Assembly (NCBI GenBank): GCA_027451365.1
Contig: DAIDJN010000006.1
Coordinates: 1-50,163 of the forward strand
Source of the DNA: Phycisphaerales bacterium
GTDB lineage: Bacteria > Planctomycetota > Phycisphaerae > WQYP01
DNA: 50,163 nt
Direction of reading: 5' to 3'
A program made the position numbers and the translations under genes. Shown here one piece after another: positions 1-9,805 of this stretch. Within the stretch, counting starts at the first letter, position 1, and every line of letters starts with the position of its first letter. The notes below the pieces were generated by a model. That model worked only from the letters and a program-made list of their open reading frames with translations, did no database searches and was not told where the DNA came from.

Positions 1-1
1 T

Positions 2-52
2 TGTTGTACCGAAGTAGAATTGTCACCCCTTAGCCGAAATAGAAGTGTCACC
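2..52 (+). mobile_element. Left terminal inverted repeat of an IS1202/ISNCY-type insertion sequence
   Basis: Begins TGTTGTACC and contains two 19-bp imperfect direct repeats (ccgaagtagaattgtcacc at 9-27, ccgaaatagaagtgtcacc at 34-52) just upstream of a transposase start. TGT ends with subterminal repeats are typical of this group. Confidence 0.7.
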
Positions 53-78
53 TTCGAGTCTGGGGTATACCAGACAGA

Positions 79-408
79 ATGGAAAACTTACTTATGTCGG
101 CTAACGAACGGGTTCGTCTGGATGCGATGCATCGGGTTGAACGGGGCGAGGTGACGGTGGTTTCTGCGGCGGTGCTGATGAGCCTATCGCTGCGGCAGGC
201 CCGTCGCCTATGGAAGCATTATCGTATTGAAGGCGCGGCGGGATTGACGCACCGGTCACGCGGTAGAGCGAGCAATCGGCGGCTGGAAGAAGGCATTCGT
301 GAGCGGATCGTCAAGCGGCACCAAGGCGAGGACGTCGGCGTTTACGACACCGTGCTACATGCGACGGAATATACAAACATGTTCGTAAACGTGGCGAAAA
401 AGCCGTAA
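79..408 (+). pseudogene. Truncated IS1202/ISNCY-family transposase (N-terminal HTH only)
   Basis: MSANERVRLDAM...AAVLMSLSLRQARRLWKHYRIEGAAGLTHRSRGRASNRRL matches the N-terminus of this family. Similarity stops near nt 322, and no DDE domain or right end is visible. Confidence 0.85.
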
Positions 409-898
409 GACCGGCCCCGGTCCGAATAAACGCGGGGTTACGAACGCCTTGGAACAGTTGTGAACCCCGTAAATTGTTTTGGGTACCGGCATTTCCGTCG
501 CGATACACGCCGCCAGCGGGCAGTCGCCGCGGGCTTGCGCGATCTGGCCGCAACTTCCGCGTTGCGCCAACAACGCGGTCACGGTTATCCACTTGCCCTT
601 TCATACCGAGCCTGCGATTGATTCCCCAGCTAATTCCCCAGCGGCGGCAATAGTGCCACCTTCCTGCTGATGGACCCCGGCTGGCACCATTTTTAAGAAC
701 CAGTCCCAGTACTACCGCAAATGCTGAACCGCGATGTACCGCGGAACCTTGTGTCCATGACCGCCGCGCGGCCTTTTGCCGGTGCCGCTGGAGGGGTATA
801 AATGTCCGCTGGCCTAAACAATTGTCATGCCATAGAATGACAACCTGTCAAAAATGGATGACAAAATCGCGGGCACCGCGGGTCTTGCAGGAATTTCA

Positions 899-2908
899 AT
901 GAAGCAGTTAAAACTTGCGTTGACACTATTGGCATGTCTTGCGGGCGCTGCCTGCACGCTGGGTCATTCCGCGCTTCAAGCGGCGGCAAAACCGGCGGCC
1001 GCGGCGAAAAAAAATCCGTATGCCAATCCGGACCCCGCAAAATACATGTTTGAAAACGAGCTTAAGCCGGGCATGACCGGTTACGGGCTTACCGTGATGC
1101 ATGGCGTCAAAATTCAGAAATTCAAAGTGACGATTGTGGATGTCATGTCCAATTTTCAACCGGACATGAATGTCATTCTGGTGCGCTGTGCCGGGCTGGG
1201 GCTATCTAAATCGGGCATTATTGAAGGTATGAGCGGCTCACCAGTGTATATTCACGGCCGGTTAATTGGCGCGATTGCCTATGGCTGGGATTATTCCCGC
1301 TATCCACTGGGAGGCGTGCAGCCCATTCGCCAGATGCTGCAGATTCCTCTGCCAAAAAAAGGGAAACCGGCACCGGCAAATGCCGGCGGCAAATTAAGCT
1401 GGGTGGAACGAACGGCCATCCGTCATGATCTGGCCGGGTGGTCGGCGCTGGTCCGCCATGTGGGATTGGCTATGGGAGAATCAGGCAGCCAATTGCAGCG
1501 CGGGGGCGACCGGGCAATGGCGGTGCAAGGCAGCTTGCGGCCGCTGGCCACGCCGCTGGAAGTTGGCGGCGCATCGCCCGCGGTACTGCGGTATCTGAAA
1601 CGGGCCTATCATGAAAGTTCCATTATTCCGGTGGGTGGTGGCGGATCGGGCGGCGGTCAACTGCTGGGGGGTATGCAGGGCCTTGGTGCGGCGGCCTACC
1701 GCCTGGTACCGGGTGCGGCCATCGGCGTGCCGCTGCTGACCGGCGATACGAATATGGGTGCTATTGGCACGGTGACGGACGTCGTGGGCGACCATGTGTA
1801 TGCCTTCGGTCACCGGTTTTTTAATGTCGGCCGAAATGGATTGCCCATTTCTGGAGCGTACATATACACGATCATTGCGAGGCTGAAGACATCGTTTAAG
1901 CTGGGATCCACATTTCATATTCAGGGTCATCTGGTAATGGATCAGTCGTGCGGCATTGTGGGCGCATTGGCGCCGCCGGCCAAACCCGTTCCGGTAAGCG
2001 TTGCGGTGTCGTACCACAATCCGGACTGGAGCCACGTTTTTCATTATCATCTGTATCCAAGCCCGCATACAACGGCTGAAGCCTTAGGCGGCGCACTGAT
2101 CGCCAGCATGACTGCCAAACGCAACGTCACAGGCAAAAATGCGGCCAATTACACTGTGCACATCACCGGAACCGTTCATTTTGGCGGGTTTGCCGTTCAT
2201 TTGAACCGGCGGTCCACCACTGGCGGGTTTGATCCAAATTCCGTGCTGCTGCCCGTGGCGCTGCTGCTGAACAACCCGTTCCGAAATCTGGCAATTTCCG
2301 GGGCCAACCTGCACGTTTCATTGCGGGCAACCAACCGAGCCGCGGTCATCAGTTCTGTGCTGCTGGAACATCATACGGTCCGTCCGGGCCAGTTCCTGGT
2401 GGCTCGGGTGACCATCAAGCCGTACCACGGAGCGGTGCAACACCGCATTATTCGGCTGCGGGTTCCACTGAATACACCGGACGGCAATTTTGATTTTGCC
2501 GTGGGGGCAGACAGTACCGCACTGGCCCAGCAGCAGACTTATTTTCCACAGTATTTTGCGCCCGACTCGATTGCGGATCTCAAGCGGGACGTGACGCGGA
2601 TTGTCAGCTATCAGAACAATCAGATTTACGCCCGGCTGGTCCTGAATTCGCACGGTCTGGCAAGCCCCGGCCATGCCATGCCGAATCTGCCGGCGAGCCG
2701 CATTGATATCATCATGCGAAGCCCCGGCCGGACGCTGTTTCCGCTTTTTAATTCCGTTGAAGCGCGGCTTGTGACACCTTGGGTGATAAGCGGCGGCGGG
2801 CAGGAATTTCAGGTGTTGGTGCGGCACCGGGCGGATGGACGGTTTTTCCTTGCCAAGCCGGCAATGGCCGGTCCGCCGGGCTTGGGCGGCAACCTGGCCA
2901 ATCCATAG
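899..2908 (+). CDS. Secreted SpoIVB/S55-family serine peptidase-like protein
   Basis: ELKPGMTGYGLTV...GIIEGMSGSPVYIHGRLIGAIAYGW and GAIGTVT...VYAFGH motifs. Signal peptide from ATG 899 (track ORF starts at 854). Confidence 0.85.
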   Translation: MKQLKLALTLLACLAGAACTLGHSALQAAAKPAAAAKKNPYANPDPAKYMFENELKPGMTGYGLTVMHGVKIQKFKVTIVDVMSNFQPDMNVILVRCAGLGLSKSGIIEGMSGSPVYIHGRLIGAIAYGWDYSRYPLGGVQPIRQMLQIPLPKKGKPAPANAGGKLSWVERTAIRHDLAGWSALVRHVGLAMGESGSQLQRGGDRAMAVQGSLRPLATPLEVGGASPAVLRYLKRAYHESSIIPVGGGGSGGGQLLGGMQGLGAAAYRLVPGAAIGVPLLTGDTNMGAIGTVTDVVGDHVYAFGHRFFNVGRNGLPISGAYIYTIIARLKTSFKLGSTFHIQGHLVMDQSCGIVGALAPPAKPVPVSVAVSYHNPDWSHVFHYHLYPSPHTTAEALGGALIASMTAKRNVTGKNAANYTVHITGTVHFGGFAVHLNRRSTTGGFDPNSVLLPVALLLNNPFRNLAISGANLHVSLRATNRAAVISSVLLEHHTVRPGQFLVARVTIKPYHGAVQHRIIRLRVPLNTPDGNFDFAVGADSTALAQQQTYFPQYFAPDSIADLKRDVTRIVSYQNNQIYARLVLNSHGLASPGHAMPNLPASRIDIIMRSPGRTLFPLFNSVEARLVTPWVISGGGQEFQVLVRHRADGRFFLAKPAMAGPPGLGGNLANP

Positions 2909-3026
2909 AATGAGAGTCTGGTCGATCACGCGTTCGCGTGGCGGCCGGAAAGATAGACTTTCCGGTGCCGACATGGCGGAAACAAAATAAATTAAACTTG
3001 TGGTAAATAGATCATCAGGAGTTTGC

Positions 3027-5237
3027 ATGTTGACTTTCAAACGGTGGTTTTTCCCTGCAACAATGGCTATTGCTGGAACTGCGGCAATGTTGCTGGCACC
3101 GGCTGCACAGGCTGTTCATACGCAATACTGGAAGTTTAAAACCGAAGCCGCGTATGCGGCCGGCCACTTCAGGAACACGCTGGTGAATAATTATGGCGAG
3201 CTGCGGCTTTCACGCGCGGTGACACCTCTGTTTGCCCGGACGAAATTTCAATTCGTCAATGCCATTGTCAGTGGACCGGGGGGAAGCCTGTACGTGGGCA
3301 CGTCGCCGCACGGAAAAATTTACCGCATCCTGAACGGCAAGCGGACAGTATTTTACGCTCCGCCAAAGGGCTATGGCACGGTTCTTTCGCTGGCAAAGCG
3401 CGGTCCCGCCGGACTGCTGGCCGGGCTGGCGGGCAACCATGCACGGCTGGTCGCATTGACCATGGTTGCGGGCAAAATCAGCGCTAAGACAGTGTTTGAA
3501 AACAAAACGGTGGATTATATATGGGCCATCGCGCCGCTTGCTGATGGATCAATTGTCATCGCCACCGGTCCGCATGGGGAATTGTGGCGCATCGGCGCAA
3601 AGGGCAATGAACGGCTTCTGCTGAAAACCGGAACCCACAATATTACATCAATGGCGGTCGGACCACACGGTAACCTGATTATTGGAACCGACCAAACAGG
3701 GATGGTCATGCGCGTGAACCCGCAGACGGGCAAGTCTTTTGTTCTGATGGCGGCCGGGCGGGCGGAAATTTCATCCGTGGCGATTACCTCGGATGGCGAT
3801 ATTTTTGCCGGCACTGCGTCGCCCAATCTGGCCAAGCTGGATGGCGGAGTATTTGCACCACAAGGGGCGGCCAATGGTCGGCCCGCAGCAGTCAGCAGCG
3901 GCGCAAAGCCTCCCATGAAAATCCCGGCCAAAGGCCAGCCCAATGCGGTGAAAAAGCCGAAGAACCCCGGAAAACTGCTGGCCCCGATGATGAAAGGTCG
4001 CGTCGCAATTGCGCCGATGCCCGCGCCGGCCCAGCCGAATCCGGCCGCCAGCAATGTGGTGTATCAGATCAGCCCTTCCGGTAAATCTCATGTATTGTTG
4101 CGTGTGCCGGATATGGTGCTGTCCATGCTGTATCATCACCATACACTGGTGCTGGGACTGGGCAACCATGGGCGGCTGCTGTTTTACAACCCCTACAGAC
4201 AATCCGAAGCGCTTCAATCGCGGGTAAAACAGGCGGATATTAATGCCTTGGCGGTCGATGTCAAGGGAAATATTTATCTGGGTACCGCCAATCAGGGACA
4301 GGTGTACAAGCTTTCAGCGCGAACGGTGGCCTCTGGCCAATATGAAAGCAAGGTTCTGGATGGCAAACTCGCCTCAACCTGGGGTGCGGTACCGGTGGTG
4401 GCCTCGCTGCCGCCCGGTGCGACCGTGACCGTGCAGACACGGTCCGGCAATGTGGCCAACGTGAATCACCACGCCAAATTCTGGAGCGCCTGGTCGGCTT
4501 CGCTGCCGGCCAATTCCTATCGGCGCATCACAAGTCCTGCGGCGCGCTATCTTCAATTTCGACTGATTCTAAAGAGCAACGCCGCAGGAAAATCACCAGT
4601 GGTACGGTCCGTGACCATATCCCATCAGGAAATAAATGTGCGCCCGCAGATTGCATCCATTGTGGCCGCACCGCTTCCGGGCAAACCGCATCGTTTGCGG
4701 CTGGCCTGGAAAGCCAGCGACGCCAATGGAGATTCCCTTGAATTCAAACTTGAATACCGGCAGCAGGGGGTACCGGTCTGGATACAAATGGTCCGGAAAT
4801 TGACCGAAACGCATTATATATGGAACACGCGCGACCTTCCGGATGGTCGCTATCGTGTAAAACTGATTGCGACCGACCTGCCGGATAACTCGCCGCAGAC
4901 CGCACTGGCCGCGGCCCGCGAAACACGCTATTTTCTTGTGGAAAACACCCCGCCGACGCTTTCACGGCTGAAAACCACGCTGCTGGCGGGCGGACGCGTA
5001 AAAATTAGCGGAATTGCCGCCGATACGCTTTCACCAATTGTGTCCGTGTCATTCCGGGTGGATTCCGGAAAGAACTGGCGTGAAGCGACGGCTTCTGATA
5101 GTATGTTCGATTCGCCTTTGGAGGCGTTCAGTGCGCAGACGGAAAAACTATCCGCCGGCGCGCACCGCATTTCCCTGCGCGCTACCGACGCCAAGGGGAA
5201 TCGCGTTTATCGGTCCGTTCTGGTGCAGGTGCATTGA
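3027..5237 (+). CDS. Secreted beta-propeller repeat protein with C-terminal FN3/Ig-like domains
   Basis: Signal peptide ending AQA; repeated G-x-L/I-Y-V/L-G-T-x-x-x-G-x-V-Y blades; Pro/Lys/Ala linker; LAWKASDANGD...LPDGRYRVKLIATD FN3-like tail. Confidence 0.75.
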   Translation: MLTFKRWFFPATMAIAGTAAMLLAPAAQAVHTQYWKFKTEAAYAAGHFRNTLVNNYGELRLSRAVTPLFARTKFQFVNAIVSGPGGSLYVGTSPHGKIYRILNGKRTVFYAPPKGYGTVLSLAKRGPAGLLAGLAGNHARLVALTMVAGKISAKTVFENKTVDYIWAIAPLADGSIVIATGPHGELWRIGAKGNERLLLKTGTHNITSMAVGPHGNLIIGTDQTGMVMRVNPQTGKSFVLMAAGRAEISSVAITSDGDIFAGTASPNLAKLDGGVFAPQGAANGRPAAVSSGAKPPMKIPAKGQPNAVKKPKNPGKLLAPMMKGRVAIAPMPAPAQPNPAASNVVYQISPSGKSHVLLRVPDMVLSMLYHHHTLVLGLGNHGRLLFYNPYRQSEALQSRVKQADINALAVDVKGNIYLGTANQGQVYKLSARTVASGQYESKVLDGKLASTWGAVPVVASLPPGATVTVQTRSGNVANVNHHAKFWSAWSASLPANSYRRITSPAARYLQFRLILKSNAAGKSPVVRSVTISHQEINVRPQIASIVAAPLPGKPHRLRLAWKASDANGDSLEFKLEYRQQGVPVWIQMVRKLTETHYIWNTRDLPDGRYRVKLIATDLPDNSPQTALAAARETRYFLVENTPPTLSRLKTTLLAGGRVKISGIAADTLSPIVSVSFRVDSGKNWREATASDSMFDSPLEAFSAQTEKLSAGAHRISLRATDAKGNRVYRSVLVQVH

Positions 5238-5331
5238 ACGGTGCGCCTTATTGAGAAACAGTCGCAGCAGCCTGTTTCATGGCGGATTGGACTGAAATTA
5301 GTCGTAATCGGACGAAAATTGGAGCATCAAC

Positions 5332-5466
5332 GTGCATTACCCTCATAAGGTCAGCAATCGCAAACGGGTTCGGAAAATCGGCTTCCGTGCCCGCATGAAA
5401 ACCCGCCATGGCCGTGCGATGCTGAATCGCAAGCGGCGGTATGGCCGCAGTGTCAATTCGGTATAA
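5332..5466 (+). CDS. rpmH: 50S ribosomal protein L34
   Basis: Hand translation from GTG: MHYPHKVSNRKRVRKIGFRARMKTRHGRAMLNRKRRYGRSVNSV (44 aa), carrying the GFRARMKT L34 signature. GGAG at 5321-5324. Too short for the ORF track. Confidence 0.95.
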   Translation: MHYPHKVSNRKRVRKIGFRARMKTRHGRAMLNRKRRYGRSVNSV

Positions 5467-5630
5467 CACCAGTAAATATTGCGGATGACGAATGAAGGCT
5501 CTGCCTTTATTTGCAAGCATGTCTTGCCAGATTCGTATATCCGTGCTATGAATTTAGCCCATGGGAAGCATACGATCTCCCGCCTGCGCGGGGTGTGCCT
5601 CCTGAAAAGCCCATCGCAAGGAGCGGTATC

Positions 5631-6101
5631 GTGCGGAAACATTCGTACAGTCGGTTGCGGCGTGGTGTAACAGGAATTGCGTCGGCGGCGCTGGTGACGG
5701 GCCTGCTGGGCATTGTCGGCTGCGCCAGTCAACAGGCGAATCAGGAGCCATCACTTTATTCGAGTCTTGGCGGAAATGCGGGCATAACCACTGTGGTCCA
5801 CGCATTCATCGTGAATGTTGGTAAGGACTCACGGATTAACAACGCATTTGCGCATGCCAACCTTGCGGATCTTCAGACTCAGCTTGTGGACATGATCGGT
5901 CAGGATACCGGCGGACCGGAAGTTTACACCGGACCGGACATGTATCAAGCCCATAAAGGCATGCACATTACAGTAGCCCAGTGGAACGCGTTCATGGAAG
6001 ATTTCGGCAAAACCTTAACCCAGGAAAAAGTGTCGGAACTCAACCAGTCCAGGCTGCTGGGAATTCTTATGCCGATGAAATCTGAAATCGTCGGCCATTA
6101 A
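5631..6101 (+). CDS. Group I truncated hemoglobin with lipoprotein signal peptide
   Basis: SLYSSLGG...DSRINNAF...TGGPEVYTGPDMYQAHKGMHIT (proximal His). Lipobox IVGC. AAGGAG at 5618-5623 before GTG 5631. Confidence 0.9.
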   Translation: MRKHSYSRLRRGVTGIASAALVTGLLGIVGCASQQANQEPSLYSSLGGNAGITTVVHAFIVNVGKDSRINNAFAHANLADLQTQLVDMIGQDTGGPEVYTGPDMYQAHKGMHITVAQWNAFMEDFGKTLTQEKVSELNQSRLLGILMPMKSEIVGH

Positions 6102-6135
6102 TCCCTTTTCTTTTAAGATTCAATCTTGCGCGTTC

Positions 6136-6168
6136 AGCGGCGGCCGGAAAGGTCGCCGCTTTTTTTTT
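6136..6168 (+). terminator. Rho-independent terminator after the globin gene
   Basis: Stem agcggcggcc / ggtcgccgct with a GGAAA loop, followed by a T run. Confidence 0.85.
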
Positions 6169-6464
6169 GCCGGTCGCCTCAGGCGCGGCGGCGGCGGAAA
6201 GTCACGGCAGCGGCCAAACAGTGCGCTCCGCTTCCATTTTCCGCCAGCAACATTGCCTGACGGCGCTTTTATGCCAGGTGGTTCCGCGCCAATCCACCCC
6301 GCCACGTCCGAAAGATTCGGCCAATTCTATGCCACGGGGCAAAAGCCGCTTCCGATCTCTCGCGGCTCGACTTGGCCGCGGTTCATAAATCGTATAGGAT
6401 GCCAAGCATATCAGTTGCGCTGATTCTTGCAGCGATTTGTGATTTAGTCCTGGAGTCTGGTTGG

Positions 6465-8774
6465 ATGCGGCATTGGCTGGCTTTGGCAATTATCGTGCTT
6501 GCTTTGAATATCGGCCACGCCGCGGCGGATGGCGTTAAAACGTCGCCGGCCACGATCGGCTTTGCCGGCGCGCGGGCGGCCCACTGGATCAACGGAATCA
6601 GCACCTTAAGCAATTCCGGCAATAAGCCGCGGATAGTGCGCATGGCCATGCGCATCAATGCCCAGCCGGGGCTGATATTTCAACGCACCGTACTTGTGCC
6701 GGCGCATGCAGCGATACGCTACAGTTTCCCCTTGCTTTGTCCGCACAATATTCGGCGAAAAGGCACCATTGCCATATCCAGTTGGCAAATGGGAACCGGT
6801 GCACGCAAAGTGCGGTCGGGCGATCTGTTTGTGGATCAATCCCGCATGCCGACGGCGGCCATTCTGGATGCCGCCGATCGTGGCACCGCGTCGCTGGTTT
6901 CAGGGATGCGTACCTTAATCGGGTACAAGCCGCGCGTCAGCTACGCCGCCGCGGCCCGCCTGCCGTTCTGGCCGGCCGGTTATAATGGTCTGTCCGCGGT
7001 GGTGCTGTCACTTAAAATTCCACAATTGACACCTTCGCAAATCTCGGCGCTGCGAAAATGGATAGCGGGCGGCGGAAAATTATGGATTCAGGCCAATCGT
7101 ACGCCGGCGGGATTCTGCCGGGCACTTCTGAAATCTTCCTGGCGCGTGGTGGTCGCGGGCCGCGGCCGGGTGGCGACCCTGCATATCACCGCGACCCAGG
7201 TCAACCGCGTCGTGCATCTGAGGCATTCCATCAGCCTTTGCTATCTGATTGTCCGAAACATGAAAGTGCTGGAATGGGTGAACGGCTGGCCGGCGGTGGC
7301 TGTGTGCCGGATGGGAAAGGGACACATTTTTATCTGCGCAATTAACGGCCGCGGATTGCTGAAAGCTCATGGCAAGGCCGGCAGTACGCTTTGGCCCGTG
7401 GCCAGAGAATTCTATAAGCCCACATCGCACCTGATGATGGCCCCGGCAATTGAATTGGCACAAGGAGCCATCGGCTATCACATTGAATCCCGGCAGACGG
7501 TCGGCATGGTTCTGATCGGCCTGCTGTTTCTGCTGACGGGTGGGGCAATCTGGGCGAAGCAGCGGCGCCACATGGAATGGGTCGCCGCCATTCTATTGGG
7601 TGGCGTGGTGTGCGCCAGTGTGCTGCTGTTTCTGCTGGGCCGAATGGAACGCGGCCGCGTCGGATTAACCAGTTCCGCCGCGCAGATAGCCCGGACGATT
7701 CCCGCCATGAAACAAATGGTAATCAGCGGAGTCTGCGCCAATTTCAGCCCCCGACAGATCACCAGCGACATGACCGTAAGCGCATCGGCATGGCTTGGTT
7801 CCCAACGGTCGTTGGCGCGGCAGAACCGCCTGGTTGTTCAATGCGGTTCCAACGGCGCGATGCAACTCCGAAACCTGAGGCTGGCATCGGGCGCGCCGTT
7901 GCTTCTGCGATATCATGCGGTTATGCCGCAAAAATCATTGCGGCCGGTGTACGGGCATTTCGGCACCAAAGGTCTATATATCAACGTCGCGCCGCTGGTG
8001 GCCGCAGGCATGAAAGATATCAGCCTTGCCGCGCCAATGGGGGTGCTGGCCGTACGGAATGCGGCCGCGACCCGTCTGGTTTTCACCGACGCATCCATTC
8101 TGCCGCGCGGCCAGTATCTGGCGGCCGGTCTGCTGACGGGCACTCAACGATCCCTGGGGCGCGTATACCGTTCGATTGTGCGGCGAGGAATTGATTCGCC
8201 CGTTATTTTATGCCAGACCAGCGCCTGGACGGATCCGGTAACACTTTCCGGCAAGCCGATCCGTTACACCCGCACAGTCGTCCAGATGCCGGTGGCTTTG
8301 CGGCCGCAGCGATCTGGCGGCAGGGTGCATATTCCGTGGCCGTTCCTGCCGTTTCATTTGATCCGGGGCCCGCGCCAGCACGCGATAAGCACGGTGTATG
8401 AGCCCCAGCGTCACCGGTGGATTCAACACGTATCGCGCGGGGCGCGCATTTATATAGATTTTCAATTACCCGCAAGTGAACGGCATTTGCATCTGACACA
8501 GGCCCGACTGACGGTCCGGATTAGCGCGGCGGGCCGTCCGTTGACGATCCGTGTAAGGACCCGGACCGGCTGGGTGCTGGCAGACCGGATTGCTTCGCCA
8601 GCCCAGCGGCTGACGATTGTGCTGCACGGTCGGACCGCACCACAATGCGGCCCAGACGGCGGCCTGGATATGGAACTTCGAATCGGTGGCGGCAATTCCC
8701 TGGCCAAGTCGTGGGAAATGCAATCTGTGCGTCTGGCGGCGGATGGAACCGAACCGGCCCATTCCGGCTTTTAG
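6465..8774 (+). CDS. Large membrane-anchored hypothetical protein, probable ABC-exporter accessory subunit (class I glutamine-amidotransferase-like segment)
   Basis: Signal peptide; YNGLSAVVL...QISALRKWIAGGGKLWI segment; two central TM helices; directly upstream of ABC genes. Start chosen by GGAG at 6452 (track ORF starts at 6372). Confidence 0.6.
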   Translation: MRHWLALAIIVLALNIGHAAADGVKTSPATIGFAGARAAHWINGISTLSNSGNKPRIVRMAMRINAQPGLIFQRTVLVPAHAAIRYSFPLLCPHNIRRKGTIAISSWQMGTGARKVRSGDLFVDQSRMPTAAILDAADRGTASLVSGMRTLIGYKPRVSYAAAARLPFWPAGYNGLSAVVLSLKIPQLTPSQISALRKWIAGGGKLWIQANRTPAGFCRALLKSSWRVVVAGRGRVATLHITATQVNRVVHLRHSISLCYLIVRNMKVLEWVNGWPAVAVCRMGKGHIFICAINGRGLLKAHGKAGSTLWPVAREFYKPTSHLMMAPAIELAQGAIGYHIESRQTVGMVLIGLLFLLTGGAIWAKQRRHMEWVAAILLGGVVCASVLLFLLGRMERGRVGLTSSAAQIARTIPAMKQMVISGVCANFSPRQITSDMTVSASAWLGSQRSLARQNRLVVQCGSNGAMQLRNLRLASGAPLLLRYHAVMPQKSLRPVYGHFGTKGLYINVAPLVAAGMKDISLAAPMGVLAVRNAAATRLVFTDASILPRGQYLAAGLLTGTQRSLGRVYRSIVRRGIDSPVILCQTSAWTDPVTLSGKPIRYTRTVVQMPVALRPQRSGGRVHIPWPFLPFHLIRGPRQHAISTVYEPQRHRWIQHVSRGARIYIDFQLPASERHLHLTQARLTVRISAAGRPLTIRVRTRTGWVLADRIASPAQRLTIVLHGRTAPQCGPDGGLDMELRIGGGNSLAKSWEMQSVRLAADGTEPAHSGF

Positions 8775-8821
8775 GATGCGAGTATAATATAGATATGTCG
8801 TATAATATATAGGATTTATGC

Positions 8822-9805
8822 ATGATCAGTCAGACAGTCATTAAAGCTGAAGCCCTGACCAAACGCTACGGAGATTTTACAGCTCTGGACAATCTGTCCA
8901 TAGAACTCCAGGCGGGACAGATTCTGGGCTTTATCGGCCCCAATGGCGCCGGAAAAACCACCACCATCAAAATTCTGGTGGGTTTAAGCCGTCCCACCAG
9001 CGGTTCGGCCACCATTTGCGGAGTCAACTGCACGACCGAAACGCGGAAGATCAAGCGGTTGGTCGGCTATATGCCGGACACTTTTGGTTTATACGAAAAC
9101 ATGAGGGTGCGGGAATACCTGGATTTTTTTGGTGCCGCCTTCGGCATTCCTCGGAAAGCCCGGCAGGCTCGCATGAATGCCGCCATGGATATGACCGGCG
9201 CGGCCTATATGGCCGATCTGTTTGTGGAAAGTCTTTCGCATGGCATGAAGCAGCGCGTGGCGTTATCGCGCATTATGCTGCACGACCCGCCGGTGCTGAT
9301 TCTTGATGAGCCGGCCAACGGGCTGGATCCGACGGCGCGAGTGGAAATGCGCGAAGTGCTTCTGAAACTCGCCGCCGCGGGAAAAACACTTATTGTCACC
9401 AGCCATATCCTGCCGGAGCTTTCCCGAATCTGCAATATGGTGGCCATTATGACCGGTGGAAAACTCCGGGCGTTCGGGTCTCTTGATCAGATCATGAAAC
9501 AGGTGCGGGCGCGACGCATTATTGAAATTCAACTCAGCAGTGCGGCGGAGGTTCCATCGGTCGCACAGCGAATGACCACCATGGAAAACGTTGCCGACGT
9601 TCGGCCCGCGCCCGCGGAGGCGCTCGTGCGATTTTCCACGACCACGGATGAAGCCGGCCTGGCCGAATTGCTGCGAAAGCTGATGCAAACCGGTGGCGGC
9701 GTGGCCCAGTTTCGTGAAGTGCCCCAGGACCTGGAAGATGCGTTCCTGTCGGTAACCCAGCAGACTGGCCAGAACGCCGCTGCTGTTGCAGGAGCGCAGG
9801 TATGA
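8822..9805 (+). CDS. ABC transporter ATP-binding protein (ABC-2/DrrA-like)
   Basis: Walker A GPNGAGKTT, signature LSHGMKQR, Walker B LILDEP, H-loop TSH. Confidence 0.95.
   Translation: MISQTVIKAEALTKRYGDFTALDNLSIELQAGQILGFIGPNGAGKTTTIKILVGLSRPTSGSATICGVNCTTETRKIKRLVGYMPDTFGLYENMRVREYLDFFGAAFGIPRKARQARMNAAMDMTGAAYMADLFVESLSHGMKQRVALSRIMLHDPPVLILDEPANGLDPTARVEMREVLLKLAAAGKTLIVTSHILPELSRICNMVAIMTGGKLRAFGSLDQIMKQVRARRIIEIQLSSAAEVPSVAQRMTTMENVADVRPAPAEALVRFSTTTDEAGLAELLRKLMQTGGGVAQFREVPQDLEDAFLSVTQQTGQNAAAVAGAQV

Noticed and set aside
430..850. Hairpin cggggtt...aaccccg and a TTATCCAC near-DnaA box
   Set aside because: A single imperfect box, no attC-type ends and no recognisable RNA family; expected by chance at this GC content.
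5511..5630. Longer N-terminus for the globin
   Set aside because: The RBS and signal-peptide geometry favour GTG 5631.
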